Part shown: piece by piece, positions 1 to 10,766 of the stretch
How the letters are laid out: each line of letters starts with the position of its first letter
Numbering within the stretch: position 1 is the stretch's first letter
Origin: Blastocystis sp. subtype 4
Lineage: Eukaryota
Assembly (NCBI RefSeq): GCF_000743755.1
Contig: NW_014569469.1
Span: 49,904 to 69,903, forward strand
DNA length: 20,000 nt
Direction: 5' to 3'
Made by a program: the position numbers and the translations under genes
Notes under the pieces: generated by a model
Databases searched by the model: none
What the model saw: the letters and a program-made list of their open reading frames with translations, nothing else
What the model was told of the DNA's origin: nothing

Positions 1-66
1 CGCATAGATACGCAATTACCGCAATCTAGATATCTCGACAACGAACGTGTTTGGAACAACTCTACA

Positions 67-3000
67 ATGTCTGAAGAGATTATTCGTTGTGCCAAGGACA
101 TACTGCAAATAAGTTCTGCAATAAATCGTGTTCAGTTCGAATTCCTTGGTTTGATGCAAAATATTCCACCGTTTGTTTCGATTCGATTCACTCTCATAAT
201 ATAGAGTGTTTCAACAAAGATCCGATCCATTATCAAAGGATGTGAAGAGAATCCATTCAGCTTGTTGCGACTTCTCGTAGGAATGAGATCAGAGACTTCA
301 ATAACGTGATAGATACTTCGATAAAGCAGAAAAGAATGAAACTCGGTTGCAGAAGCTTTTAAGTGACTCGGAGTTTATTAGCATGCTTGGAATTCCTGCT
401 TTAGACTGGATTTCAAAGTTCGTTCTGACTTTGGTAGTGATGTCGTAGACTAGGAGAGCTTTTTGAAGGAGCCAGTCATTTTCCAGATCAAATCTCCAGA
501 CTCTTAAATAATATTGATAGCTCGCACTATTTTGGTGTGAATTGTTGGTATCGAGTAAGGGAATGAATTGTAGATCCAAATGCATTGAACAGTGATCTCA
601 CAAAACGAGCACTAACAGAACTATTTGCTAATTTGGGATTCTTATTGCTGTTGATAGATTCCGAACTGCAAGGTGATCTTCGTGAGAAAATTATCGTGCT
701 ATATCATCGACTCATTGTGAGGATTTAGATTCGCTTCTCATTTAGCTCAAACCTCAAAATCGTGTTGTAGATCCTCTAGTTCGTTCTTTATTCAAATCTA
801 CTACCTATATCAAAGGATCAGAATATCCAAAGAAATACCCCTTCTTCTATTTCGATCGATGTCGCTTCCCTGAAGGCAAGATATTACCAATATTAGATAT
901 GTTGAGTGGTTGTGATCTCTATGATTACCAACGATTCTACAGCTCAACAGCTCAATTCCGATCATCTCTTTGTCGTCAATGCAATCAAGCGTTGCTGTGA
1001 TTGAAGTTCCTCATTCATAGACTGATAATCTCCTTTTTCTGTTCTTCTCTTCAACAACTTGCTAATGAGTCGAAAGCATCCTCACTGAAGATTCTGGTGA
1101 GTAAGGTATATGATCAAAGTACAATGGTATATTTGGGTATTCATTATCCAATTCCTCTCAAAACCCTTTTGAGCAATGAGTTGGCCATGTCCCAGTTCAA
1201 GGACACATTACTGACAGCAGACTCATTCAACCGTGTTCTAGTTTGTCATTTCTCTTGGTTTCATCATAGGAACAACAGACACATCAATTGGCAGATGCAT
1301 TAAATTCGACTCGAAAACTTTCAAATGAGAATACAGTGGATTTACGATTGGCATTAGCAAACCAAGATCAGTTATTGGAGCAAATTCGCGTGAATAATGA
1401 GACATTGAAGTGGATGTTCATTCATCTGCGAGATAACAAATATCGATCTCAAATCCAGAATAAAGTTAGCATGGTATGAGTAAATTCCAATTATGATTCT
1501 AGAAGTCAGTTCTTGAGTTAATGTTGCGATCAGCCAAGTTGGAAAGTGATACACGAAGTGCATTCTCATCCATTCTCAAAGATCCACTCACAATTTGGTC
1601 TCATTTTCATTCGATTCTTAGTTCGTTTTTCGAACAACAGAGTAGTGCCTTATTTTGGAGTTCCATTTCTAGACACAATGGATCAAGTTCGAGACCATCT
1701 GGATCATTTGCTGGAGTTTGGTACTACTGCAAAGCGGTTAAGTGAATGTAACAAGATCTTAGGGGAGTTACGTCCATTTGTCAAATCTCTTCAACCCTCC
1801 CAGGAAGATCAGAATCAATTCAATGTGTGGAGTGGCTGTAATGATGCTCTCGTGAATATGATTCGTCTCACACTTTTTCGAGTGAGAATGAAGTCATGTC
1901 ATGATCATGTAGAATTCGGTTCTGGAAGAGTTGGAGTACCTAACTTTCTGTGACTATGGGTTTGACTTTTTGAAGGTCTTTTCGGAATTGATAAAATCGA
2001 GTATTATTGAAGTATTCCAGTAGTTATCCTTTTATTTGTAGCAAGGTGGAGATTTGGTGAAACTCCTTCAGTATATGTTGGAGAAGCTGGAAAACACGAT
2101 CAACGGATTGGGAAAAGTTCCTTGTCTTGCAAATCATCCTTTGCCAGAATATTCATGGCAGAAATCGGCCTTATTTTACTACCAATCGTTTATGAATGAA
2201 TGGTTGAGTTCATTGACATCAACTCTTGCTGATGTGTATTTCGCATGCGTAGCAGAGATGAGAGAACAGTTATCAGCAATGAAAGAGCTTCCCAAAGAGA
2301 TCAAAAAAGAACTAGGCTTATACGCTCAGAGTGAGAATCGTGATCGAATTGATCGTTGTTGTATGAATGCAGCCTGTTTCTATGATTCGATCGATGCATT
2401 GAACAGATATGTCGGCCAGCATTCATTGATGCATATCACTAATTCTATTCAGACACAGTTTGTTATTCATCTCATTCGACAAATCACTTCGATTCTTAAT
2501 GGGTTGGGGCAGAAACCAAAAACCGTAAGGAATGGAAGGTGAAGTAAGATGCAGATCACTACCAAGATTGGAGTGAAATTGACTGATATCGAGAATTCTG
2601 TGTTGGAAATGGGAAAGGAATTGATGTTACTGGAGAATTGTCTTCTCCTTCTAGAAGTCAGCTTTATAGGAATCCTTAAATCTAGTCGATTTTGCATGTG
2701 GATGGCAAACGAATGTTCCAGAAGGAATACTCTCGGATTCTGGAATTCTACTTATATGAGGAAATCCGTCTACTCCATCAGAAGGACACCAACCCAAATC
2801 CCTTCCAGGATGCTCAATTTCCAATCCCTTTTCAACTGTAAGTCTCTCAACTCTCTCTCATTGTTAGAGCAGCAGGAGGCAAACGGACGTTTCTCGGAGC
2901 ATTGATCCTGGGTCTGGTTGATGAGTTGTGTTCAGAACCATGTTGGTTTAGTGAAGCTTCGTGTGGCTGGTAGATACAGAGAAGGATGGTGAGTCATAGG

Positions 3001-4131
3001 ATCCGTCCAGATGAATCCATTCTCTTCAATATTGATTCGTGTACTTTGATACTGAACAAGTGAACAACCAATGATTGTATGAATTATAGTCTGGGATCTG
3101 AAATGATTCTGATTCTTGATCAGTGTCTTCTTCAATATGTTACGTTGTTGTTTTCACAATATAAGGCATGTATTGAATATCAATGTAAAGTGGTTAAGTT
3201 GGTCTTGATAATTATAATGATTTATAGCTTTGTCAAAATTGACCCGATTTCACCTCAATTTGCTCATAAGTATGAATAATCCTGATTCTGTCACATAGTG
3301 TTCGTGAGACACTTCAACAAATTGATAAGGAAATTGAGACAGATGGTACCATTATTCAGAAAATTGGGAATGTAAGGAAACTGTGATGGAATAAGGAATA
3401 GTGTCTTCTCCTTCGTGATCTGTTACAAAAAACCCTATATTTCCACAATATGAAAACACAGAGAGAAGCTACGATTTCTCTTCAAAATGAATATCAACAA
3501 ATCCAAGCTATTTTACGGAAGAGAGCTGAAGAGCACAAAGGAATCGATAGGGATCAGATCGCAAGTTTCCTCACAGGAGTATCGCTCCCAGCAAATACTT
3601 CACTTGAACAGTACACTCAATTACTACGTTCGTATGGTCTTACTCAACCTCGTCTTGAAGTATATTGTTTGCTTCCTTCATTCCCTGAACTCTCCTATTC
3701 CTTATTCTTAGTCTGTATGTATATTTCTGTTCATAGCATGTAAGCGTTATTCATCTTTGCGAAGTAGGTTCCTCCCTGCCTCACAGACACTCTTCACTGA
3801 AACTCATTGTCAGTATCATGTTGATGGATGTGCAGTTCTAGCTGGAGTCATTTCTCTTCTTTCACAAGTTGATATTTCGTATTCAAAACTTGTGCTTTTT
3901 CCACATGATGTTAATGTGTAGTTTATGTGTTATATTTATGATTATCTACGAAGTGAAACAAGTCGAAACATTGTAAAGGGAGAGTATTCCAATTTGGGAG
4001 CTCTTTCACGATTACGTTGGATGGCTCTGAAGGTTGCTTCTTTGTGTCCAATGATTCGTGATTCCTGTTCAGCTACCATTGATAATATTGCTTCAATGGA
4101 ATTTGGGGAACTGGTATTGTGCTATGGTTAG
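67..4131 (+). CDS. WASHC5: Strumpellin / WASH complex subunit 5, divergent; about 21 short GT-AG introns
   Basis: Manually spliced peptide is collinear with strumpellin over its length: MSEEIIRCAKDILQISSAINRVQFEFLGLMQNIPPVF (cf. [30 protein letters not shown]), DFSYF, LFANLGFLLLLIDSELQGDLREKIIVLYHRL (cf. [28 protein letters not shown]), YPKKYPFFYFDR, LLEQIRVNNETLKWMFIH, LGLYAQSENR, LRSYGLTQPRLEVY, VDGCAVLAGVISLLSQ. ATG 67, TAG 4129-4131. Confidence 0.88.
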
Positions 4132-4141
4132 ATCATTCTTT

Positions 4142-4149
4142 TGTTTGTT
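4142..4149 (+). promoter_or_regulatory. TGTTTGTT polyadenylation element of WASHC5
   Basis: Exact match to the Blastocystis GU-rich element, 10 nt after the TAG. Confidence 0.85.
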
Positions 4150-4157
4150 GTATAAAT

Positions 4158-5855
4158 ATGCATACGAAACAACTGATCGTGAATTGTATATCAATTCTGT
4201 TCGTTGTTTTACTCGTGTATGACGGAATCACGGATTAGGTTATGAATAGACATATAATCGTATATATTCAAGACAGTGATCATTGGTACACAAATAAATT
4301 TGGCCCTGAACTTGTACTTGGATTCAATATTGATGATCCTTTTTAGACTGTCTGTAAATCCAACTGTTCCTCCTTATTTCAAAGGCAAGTAAGACTTAAC
4401 GCAGAAGGAGTCTCAATTATTACAGTTCCCAGGTCTACTCCATTTCATCTGAATCTGAATGAAGGTGATCCAAAACAGCGTTCAGAGGAAAAGCGATTAT
4501 TTCAACCTCGATCAATACCAACACCTAATGGATCTCTCCCTTTTGAAGTGCGTTATAAAGTTCATAAGAATGATCGTCGTTTGCGTGGACTAATATTCCG
4601 TAAGTATGTCAATGGAACAGCCATCAAGTGGTCCGTGTTTGAGAACCGGACACGTTTTGAACCAAGAGAACTCGATGTATCCTTAGTTATCGTTGCAACG
4701 TATGTTTATGTTTGATACTTCAGAAATAGAGAAGATCGTTTGAATCTTGATCCTTGGATTGAAGGCTGGGAAGGGTAAGAGACCAATCTATTTCTTATTA
4801 GTAGTCCTATAGTTGTTGTTGTATATCTTCCTGCTGAGGATGAATCTGTGTTTACAGAGACCTTCCGTTCTCGTGGAGTACGTTCCCGCGTGACACTAAT
4901 TACAGCAGCAGTAACATCAAAAAGTGTGTATTATAATCATTTCCCTGTGAATCTACTTCGCAATGTGGGTTTGCTGAACGTAATGACTTCACATGTATTG
5001 GTGGTAGATGCTGATATGATTCCTGCACGTATGGAAATGTATGGAAATGAACTACAGATTCGTTGTGGTCTGATATCAATCGGATTCCCTCATCTATTCT
5101 TCTCAATGATACTTCTGTTGTTCTGATTCCTATTGTATTTATTCAGTTACATAAGGAACAATACTTGGATACGATTGCAGATACATATAAGAGGTAGAGA
5201 CACAGTCTTCGTTATAACGCAGAGTTTCTAGTCAACTTCCATCAGGAAAAGAATACCTAGCATCATGTATTGCAAAGAATCAATGTTCTCTGACTCGTCT
5301 GAATGACAAATCACATGTTCAGGAATGATAGTAGAATAATTGTTAGGATTATGTACCTTCAATGTGGTTAACTCAGAGATCTCAACAAGTAGTATCTCCT
5401 ATCCAGTGTCTACCCTTTCTTGATGTTCAACCGTATTATCTGAGATCGATTTGTCATTAGATCTTACATTATGAAGATATCAAAATGGCTTCCTTTTTAT
5501 CACGATTCATTTATGGATTATGGCTTCAACCAGATTGAACACTTTGCTGAACTGCGATTGCAAGGAGCAAGAATGTATCTTCTAGAAAACTCATTTTTAA
5601 TGGACATTCCACACAAAGAGTATGAATTTCATTGTTGTTACAATTAGTTCTTCGTTTCGCCATAACTTTACTAAGGAGTATCTTCAGAGAACGAACTCCA
5701 CAATGGAGATTCTTTACCGTCGATTACTCGAAAAATGGCAACAGGATTCTGTGTCGATTGCATCTGTTGGGTTGTGCCTATTTTATATTTTTTCACAAAC
5801 ACAATCCTCAAACAGTTCTTTTCATAATAAGATGTGTTGGAGATTCATCCATTAA
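4158..5855 (+). CDS. Type II membrane glycosyltransferase, GT49 / LARGE glucuronyltransferase-like; about 9 introns; true end may be 5781 (poly(A)-completed stop) rather than genomic TAA 5853-5855
   Basis: N-terminal hydrophobic anchor (LIVNCISILFVVLLV); DVSLVIVAT-EDRL...WEG-PIVVVVYL; FPVNLLRNVG...VLVVDADMIP (DxD); PFYHDSFMDYGFNQIEHFAELRLQG...FLMDIPH. These match GT49 motifs. Confidence 0.85.
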
Positions 5856-5898
5856 ACAAAACATTCATTGGGTATAAGAATATCACATAAAAGAGACG

Positions 5899-6489
5899 TC
5901 AGAATAACCAACACGAACTTCTGTATCGATTAAAACTTCTTGATATCACAAGATCCAAATACAAATCAACAAGATGGGCGAGATCATGATGAGCTACTTC
6001 ACTCTTATCCTGAGTACTCTGGTAGCATGGAACCACAGATGAAGAAGAGATAGTGTCAGACATCTTTCGAGAACATGGCTGAGACTTTTCATCATCCGAA
6101 GATATCTGATCAATAAAACCCACTGAATTGGGAGAGCGATCTGGACGTTGCTTTGGGGAAAACACCACCAGTTGTGGTGAAGACATGGCTGACACTTCAG
6201 TCGACGGAAACATAGACGGTTGAATACTTTCAATTTCGATATGCTCGGCAGAGAACTTTCCGTTCTCATCCTTCTTTAGTGAAAAGGAGACTATTGTACC
6301 CTGAGTCAAATCCTCCTTTAGCCTCTCAGGGAGATCCGAATAATAGAATGTAATATCTCGTAAGCCCTGGATCTTCGTCTTGGTGCGAATGTATCCATGC
6401 TCATGTCTGAGGAATTGGACCTTACCAATGTAGCGGTCGGAAGAAAATCTGGTAGTTGATGAAAGATTAGCGTCAGTGGTATGATTCAT
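5899..6489 (-). CDS. Cold-shock-domain (OB-fold) nucleic-acid-binding protein, single exon, Ser-rich tail
   Basis: YIGKVQFLRHEHGYIRT...DITFYYSDL...LTQGTIVSFSLKKDENGKFSAEHI fits the CSD pattern. The first in-frame ATG is 6489; the ORF track's 6606 start is a GTG. Confidence 0.7.
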   Translation of the reverse strand: MNHTTDANLSSTTRFSSDRYIGKVQFLRHEHGYIRTKTKIQGLRDITFYYSDLPERLKEDLTQGTIVSFSLKKDENGKFSAEHIEIESIQPSMFPSTEVSAMSSPQLVVFSPKQRPDRSPNSVGFIDQISSDDEKSQPCSRKMSDTISSSSVVPCYQSTQDKSEVAHHDLAHLVDLYLDLVISRSFNRYRSSCWLF

Positions 6490-6850
6490 ACCCACCACAC
6501 TTTGAAGGGAGAAAAGAATAATAATGAGAGAAACTTCCTCAATTGCCAAAACGCCCAAAATGTCACAAATCGAGACGATTTTGTCATGAGAAGAATCTTG
6601 GATCACGTTTACTTTTTCACATTATGAGAGTTTTTGGTATAGATTTATTTTGTACGTTGAAGACTCCAATCTTGTGGGTTTTCCTACTGGTTTACTCACA
6701 CCCGCTTTGATGAATACTATAACTAACGTAGACTCTTTTTAACGTATTTTAGAAGGCATCAGAATAGAGTTTCGAATGTAATTTTCGAAAACTCTGTATG
6801 ATAACTGATAATGTCACTTAAACTACTTGTAGATCTAATAGATGTTATAA

Positions 6851-6858
6851 AAGAAACA
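6851..6858 (-). promoter_or_regulatory. Poly(A) element variant TGTTTCTT of NPRL2
   Basis: 7/8 match, separated by exactly 4 nt from the T (6863) of the TAA stop. Confidence 0.7.
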
Positions 6859-6860
6859 CA

Positions 6861-8484
6861 TTATAATTTTAAAAAGACTACATTATCCATTGTTTCAAGA
6901 AAACGCATAACTGCTGGAATACAACAATTGGAGTGTAACGAAATATACTCAAGGCACTGGTGGCGCTCAAGGAGACTTCGAATTGTAGGACCTTGGAGTT
7001 GACAAGTACAAGGATTGGTGGTCATCATTTCTTTATGGAACGAAAGACAAGAAGAATGCCTTGATAAGCCGTCCCTGTCAACAGAAGAATGATAGAGTGA
7101 GTATTGAAAGGAAGAATACAGATTATGATACAGATGACGTACTTGGGTTCGTTTTGATTCCAGTAAAAGAGAATCTTCATCTTCATATCGCTTCGTTCCC
7201 GTAGTTAGAGGATCCACTGACATTCCAACTGGTTCTTCAGCAATAGAGAAGCCTGTATTGTTGTAAATAGAAAGAGTATTTCCGAAAAGAGTGAAGAAAG
7301 CAGTACTGTCGCTAGTGATAATTGGGTATACATAGACTCGCCGTAGAATTTTATGAATACAACAGAATACAACGAAACGATGAATATCCAAAAGGTTCTT
7401 AAGTCGAGTGAAGATGATGTGTTGCATAATCTGAGCCAAACTGATGTTTCCATGAAAAAGAGAGAGTAAAATCCGTATATCATCGAGCTCAATCTTTACA
7501 TCGGAATCATCAACGATTGGATCTGGTTTGAAAACGAAGTGAGTATTTGACTGCGAAATAACCCGGATCCGACAGTACTCCACTAATTCTGTTAGCAAAG
7601 ACTCGTCCCAAAGCGCTTCGAAGTTTTCGAGTACATAGATATTGCAAATGTCAAATGTATCGATAAAACTAACAGCACCTACTTCATGAAGAAATGCTAA
7701 GCAGGCTTTCAGCTGAAGATCACTCATATCGAGAACGGAGCGAAGCTGATAAACACAATGGACACCGTTAATAGCATATATGATACCCTCAAACATAGCA
7801 GTATCAGGCAGCAACCGAATGATTTCGGAAACGGGATATCGAAGGAAAGGAACTTCATAATCTTGAGGCTATCATTCACAATCCTTAATAAGTCCTACAA
7901 TTGTGACACTCTCTTTGTTAGATGGATTTGAGACAATAGGAAAGAGTAGGAGACGTGTAAATGGATCAAGCCAAATATCACAATTGTTGTTCTCCTTTAG
8001 ACTGAGATAGATGTTTTCAAGAATTCCCTCCATGATAGTCTATCCGATCGATGTTCTTAACTATCCCTACGAGAATATTGGATTGCTGGAGGAAGCCCTT
8101 TTCACGTTCCAAATACTCCAACTTCAGAACAATCTTCTTGGCCATACTTTCAAAGTATTTACTCTCGCCTCGTCGAACGACAAAGCAAACATTGAAATTG
8201 AACGAATTCCGAATATAATGATGGCTTGAAATCTGCATGGGAAATCCGACAATCTCAATTTCATTGACAGATACTCGCATAAGTCTCCCACACAACTGAT
8301 CCTTTGTAATCACATAATCTGTAATTCCATTAAAGGTTTCTAAAGAGATACAACTAGAAATGAATCGATGGGATGAATCAGACTCATGAGGAAACTGGAC
8401 AGCAAGCTTGGGTCCCTCAATGTTATGAAAATAACAGTAGAATAGTCCAAGAAGAGATGTATTGTGTTTCTCAACTGAGATCAT
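6861..8484 (-). CDS. NPRL2: GATOR1 subunit NPRL2 (nitrogen permease regulator 2-like); about 3 introns, including an in-frame 30-nt one at 8354-8383
   Basis: LFYCYFHNIEGPKLAVQFP, FNGITDYVITKDQLCGRLM, IVGFPMQISSHHYIRNSFNFNVCFV, LEYLEREKGFL, INGVHCVYQL, FIDTFDICNIY, LDIHRFVVFCCIHKILRRVYVYPI are NPR2-family motifs. Confidence 0.9.
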
Positions 8485-8520
8485 CAAATGAATGGGAGTG
8501 TTTAAGATCAAAGAAATGTA

Positions 8521-9609
8521 TTACAATCGATCACGACCAAATGCGTCTCGTTTCTGATCGCTTCCAGCATTAGATTCGTGCGATCTCTTCGAATCATGAT
8601 GAGAGGGAGAGCGCCGAGAGGACGAAAGATGAGAAGAAGAGTGATGAGAGGAAGAATGATATGAAGAACGATGTTGTGGAGAACGTGATCGCCGAGAAGA
8701 TCTATGTGGAGAATGCGATCGACTGGAAGATCGATGCCGGTGGGATGAGGAGTGATGGTGATGATGGTGTCGATGGCTTTGAGAACGACTCCGAGATCGC
8801 TGACGATACAAAGTTTTCTCCTCTCGTTTACGCATCAGCTGCGATGTGTAGTTTTCACTATCGCTGGAACTGACACTTTCACTGCGGTCCCGCTGAATTC
8901 CTTCCTTCAAAACAGCTCGATCATGACGTTCCTCTACTTTCTTCATAGATGAGAAATCGAGAGAAATATCACTTCCCTTGGCCTTTAGCTAACGATAAAA
9001 AAACAACTCATGACATCTACCAAAGCTGCAATCCGTAGTAATTTATCAGGATTCGCTAAACGATTCTTTGTCACTTCCATCTCGATTTTCCGCATTTTCA
9101 TTAACGGATCCTCATTTACACGACGTAAAATCTCGTTAGCCTACAGATCATATCAACACTCAGTTGCAACGCTTGTTAAGTCGTCACCATTATCAATAAA
9201 TGCAGATCCAGCAACTTTCTTGTCCTCCAAATCACGAAGTTGATTTTTCTCGTCTTTGTATAGATCAATTACCGCCTTTCCGGTCATATAATCTTCATCT
9301 TTCTTTTTATCTGTTACAGGCATCTCATATAACCATTCCACTCGTCGTTTCTTCTAATACTAAAATTTAATAAAACAAATGTACAGCTTCTTCTTCTGCA
9401 GATGTTCCGTCACGGAGACGTCGTAGTTCATCTTGCTGTCTCTCTTCTGCCAATTGACGTTTCAATTCTTCTACTTTCTTTTTTTCCTTCTCTAGTGCTT
9501 GTTCACGGAGCCATACTTGTTCTCGATTCTAATCATCACCAATTATATATATGAATGCTTTAATATTTGAAGGATTCCATTTCTTCTTCGACAGAAACTC
9601 AAGAGCCAT
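8521..9609 (-). CDS. CWC25: Pre-mRNA splicing factor CWC25; 4 introns, the first GC-AG; Arg/Ser/His-rich C-terminus
   Basis: MALEFLSKKKWNPSNIK-NREQVWLREQ (Cir_N-type), RVEWLYE, EDYMTGK, RVNEDPLMKM, then RS/H low-complexity tail. Confidence 0.88.
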
Positions 9610-9670
9610 GAGAGATGAAGTGAACTAGAAGAATAAGACAAAAGGGGGATCCCAAATCTGATGTCTTGTC

Positions 9671-9678
9671 AACAAACA
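9671..9678 (-). promoter_or_regulatory. TGTTTGTT polyadenylation element of the PTGES2-like gene
   Basis: Exact match (AACAAACA on +). It lies inside the genomic ORF, 4 nt past an in-frame T at 9683. Confidence 0.85.
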
Positions 9679-9682
9679 TTGA

Positions 9683-10564
9683 AGTATTGTAATCTACGAC
9701 GAATCTGAACCAAATCAATAATATCATTCACCGTGTTAAACCAATTTGTTGTCACAGGACTAGCTAAACAGTTCAAACTGTTGAGATCCTTGAGTTGTCT
9801 CAACGTTCCAAACATTAGAATATCAACGAGGCATGGCCGTGAATTGCCACTAATAAATACAGAATCAGGGTCTTTGTTGATCACATTGGCTTCATTGGCA
9901 TTCTCAATTGCCTCTGCAATCTGAACACCCACAACTGCAATTGGATGATCAGACGATGTTGAGTATGTAACGCCCAGTCTAGAAATAAGAAGAAGAATGA
10001 TTGCATATCGTTTACGAGCATTATACTGTTCCGCAATACGAGAGTAGTAGGGAGCAATAAGACGTCCAATAACTCGGCTTGGAGAACTCAGAGAACAGAG
10101 TGGATCATACATGAAACCATAAAGACGTCTAAATAATAATTTCGTTCTAATAAATATACTTATAGTTTCCTAACGAAGATGAAGTAAACAAGCTCATCGA
10201 TGGAATCACTTCTTTATGAATATAGTCAATCCACTTGAGTTCCTCACTTGTCAGAGGCTGCTTCCCCACATCTTCAACATAGTGACTATAATCAATCTTC
10301 GGTACAAAATCTCACCGAATAATCCTCTTTGGATCAGATTCATACACATTTTTGTCTCTCTCATAACGGATAATCGGAACTTCCTTATTCTTTGTTAGTT
10401 TCTTTTCTTGTCCCTTCATAATCGGGTTGACATCCATAATACGGTAATTCACGTTCAAAAACTGAAGAAGTGTCAATATCTCATAGCAAGCAGGACTACG
10501 ATTTCAAATGATTCTCAATACGTTACTTTGCTCGATTCAGAAAAAGTGTCGCTATTGAAGACAT
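9683..10564 (-). CDS. Prostaglandin E synthase 2-like glutaredoxin/GST-fold protein; stop probably T(9683)+poly(A); genomic TGA at 9669-9671
   Basis: TLFLNRANPACYEILTLLQFLNVNYRIMDVNPIMK...KEVPII (cf. PTGES2 [32 protein letters not shown]...KVPIL); EELKWIDY; FISGNSRPCLVDILMFGTLR...NWFNTV. Confidence 0.75.
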
Positions 10565-10766
10565 GGAGAAGAATAATGTGGAACTTATTCTGAATCTTCT
10601 TATCCATTTTATTAATCAAATAGAGAGGTGTTGTATAATATACGTAAGTCGAAGACAAGAAACAGATTCTCATATAAAGCTTATCAAAGCTTTGAATGCT
10701 TACACGCTCATTTGTTAGATCTGCATCAACTTAATAGTACATGTTATTACCTAGATTTCAACTGCC

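Noticed and set aside
627..657. Possible GC-AG intron in WASHC5
   Set aside because: The segment reads through in frame as conserved strumpellin sequence (ANLGFLLLLID).
4677..4684. GTATCCTT, a U12-type donor consensus
   Set aside because: It encodes the conserved GT49 DVSLV motif, and a normal 30-nt GT-AG intron follows shortly after.
5029..5049. GTATGGAAAT duplicated in tandem
   Set aside because: Two-copy microduplication inside an intron; no evident function.
8560..8810. GA/TGA-rich low-complexity stretch and plus-strand ORFs
   Set aside because: It is the antisense of the Arg/Ser/His-rich CWC25 tail.
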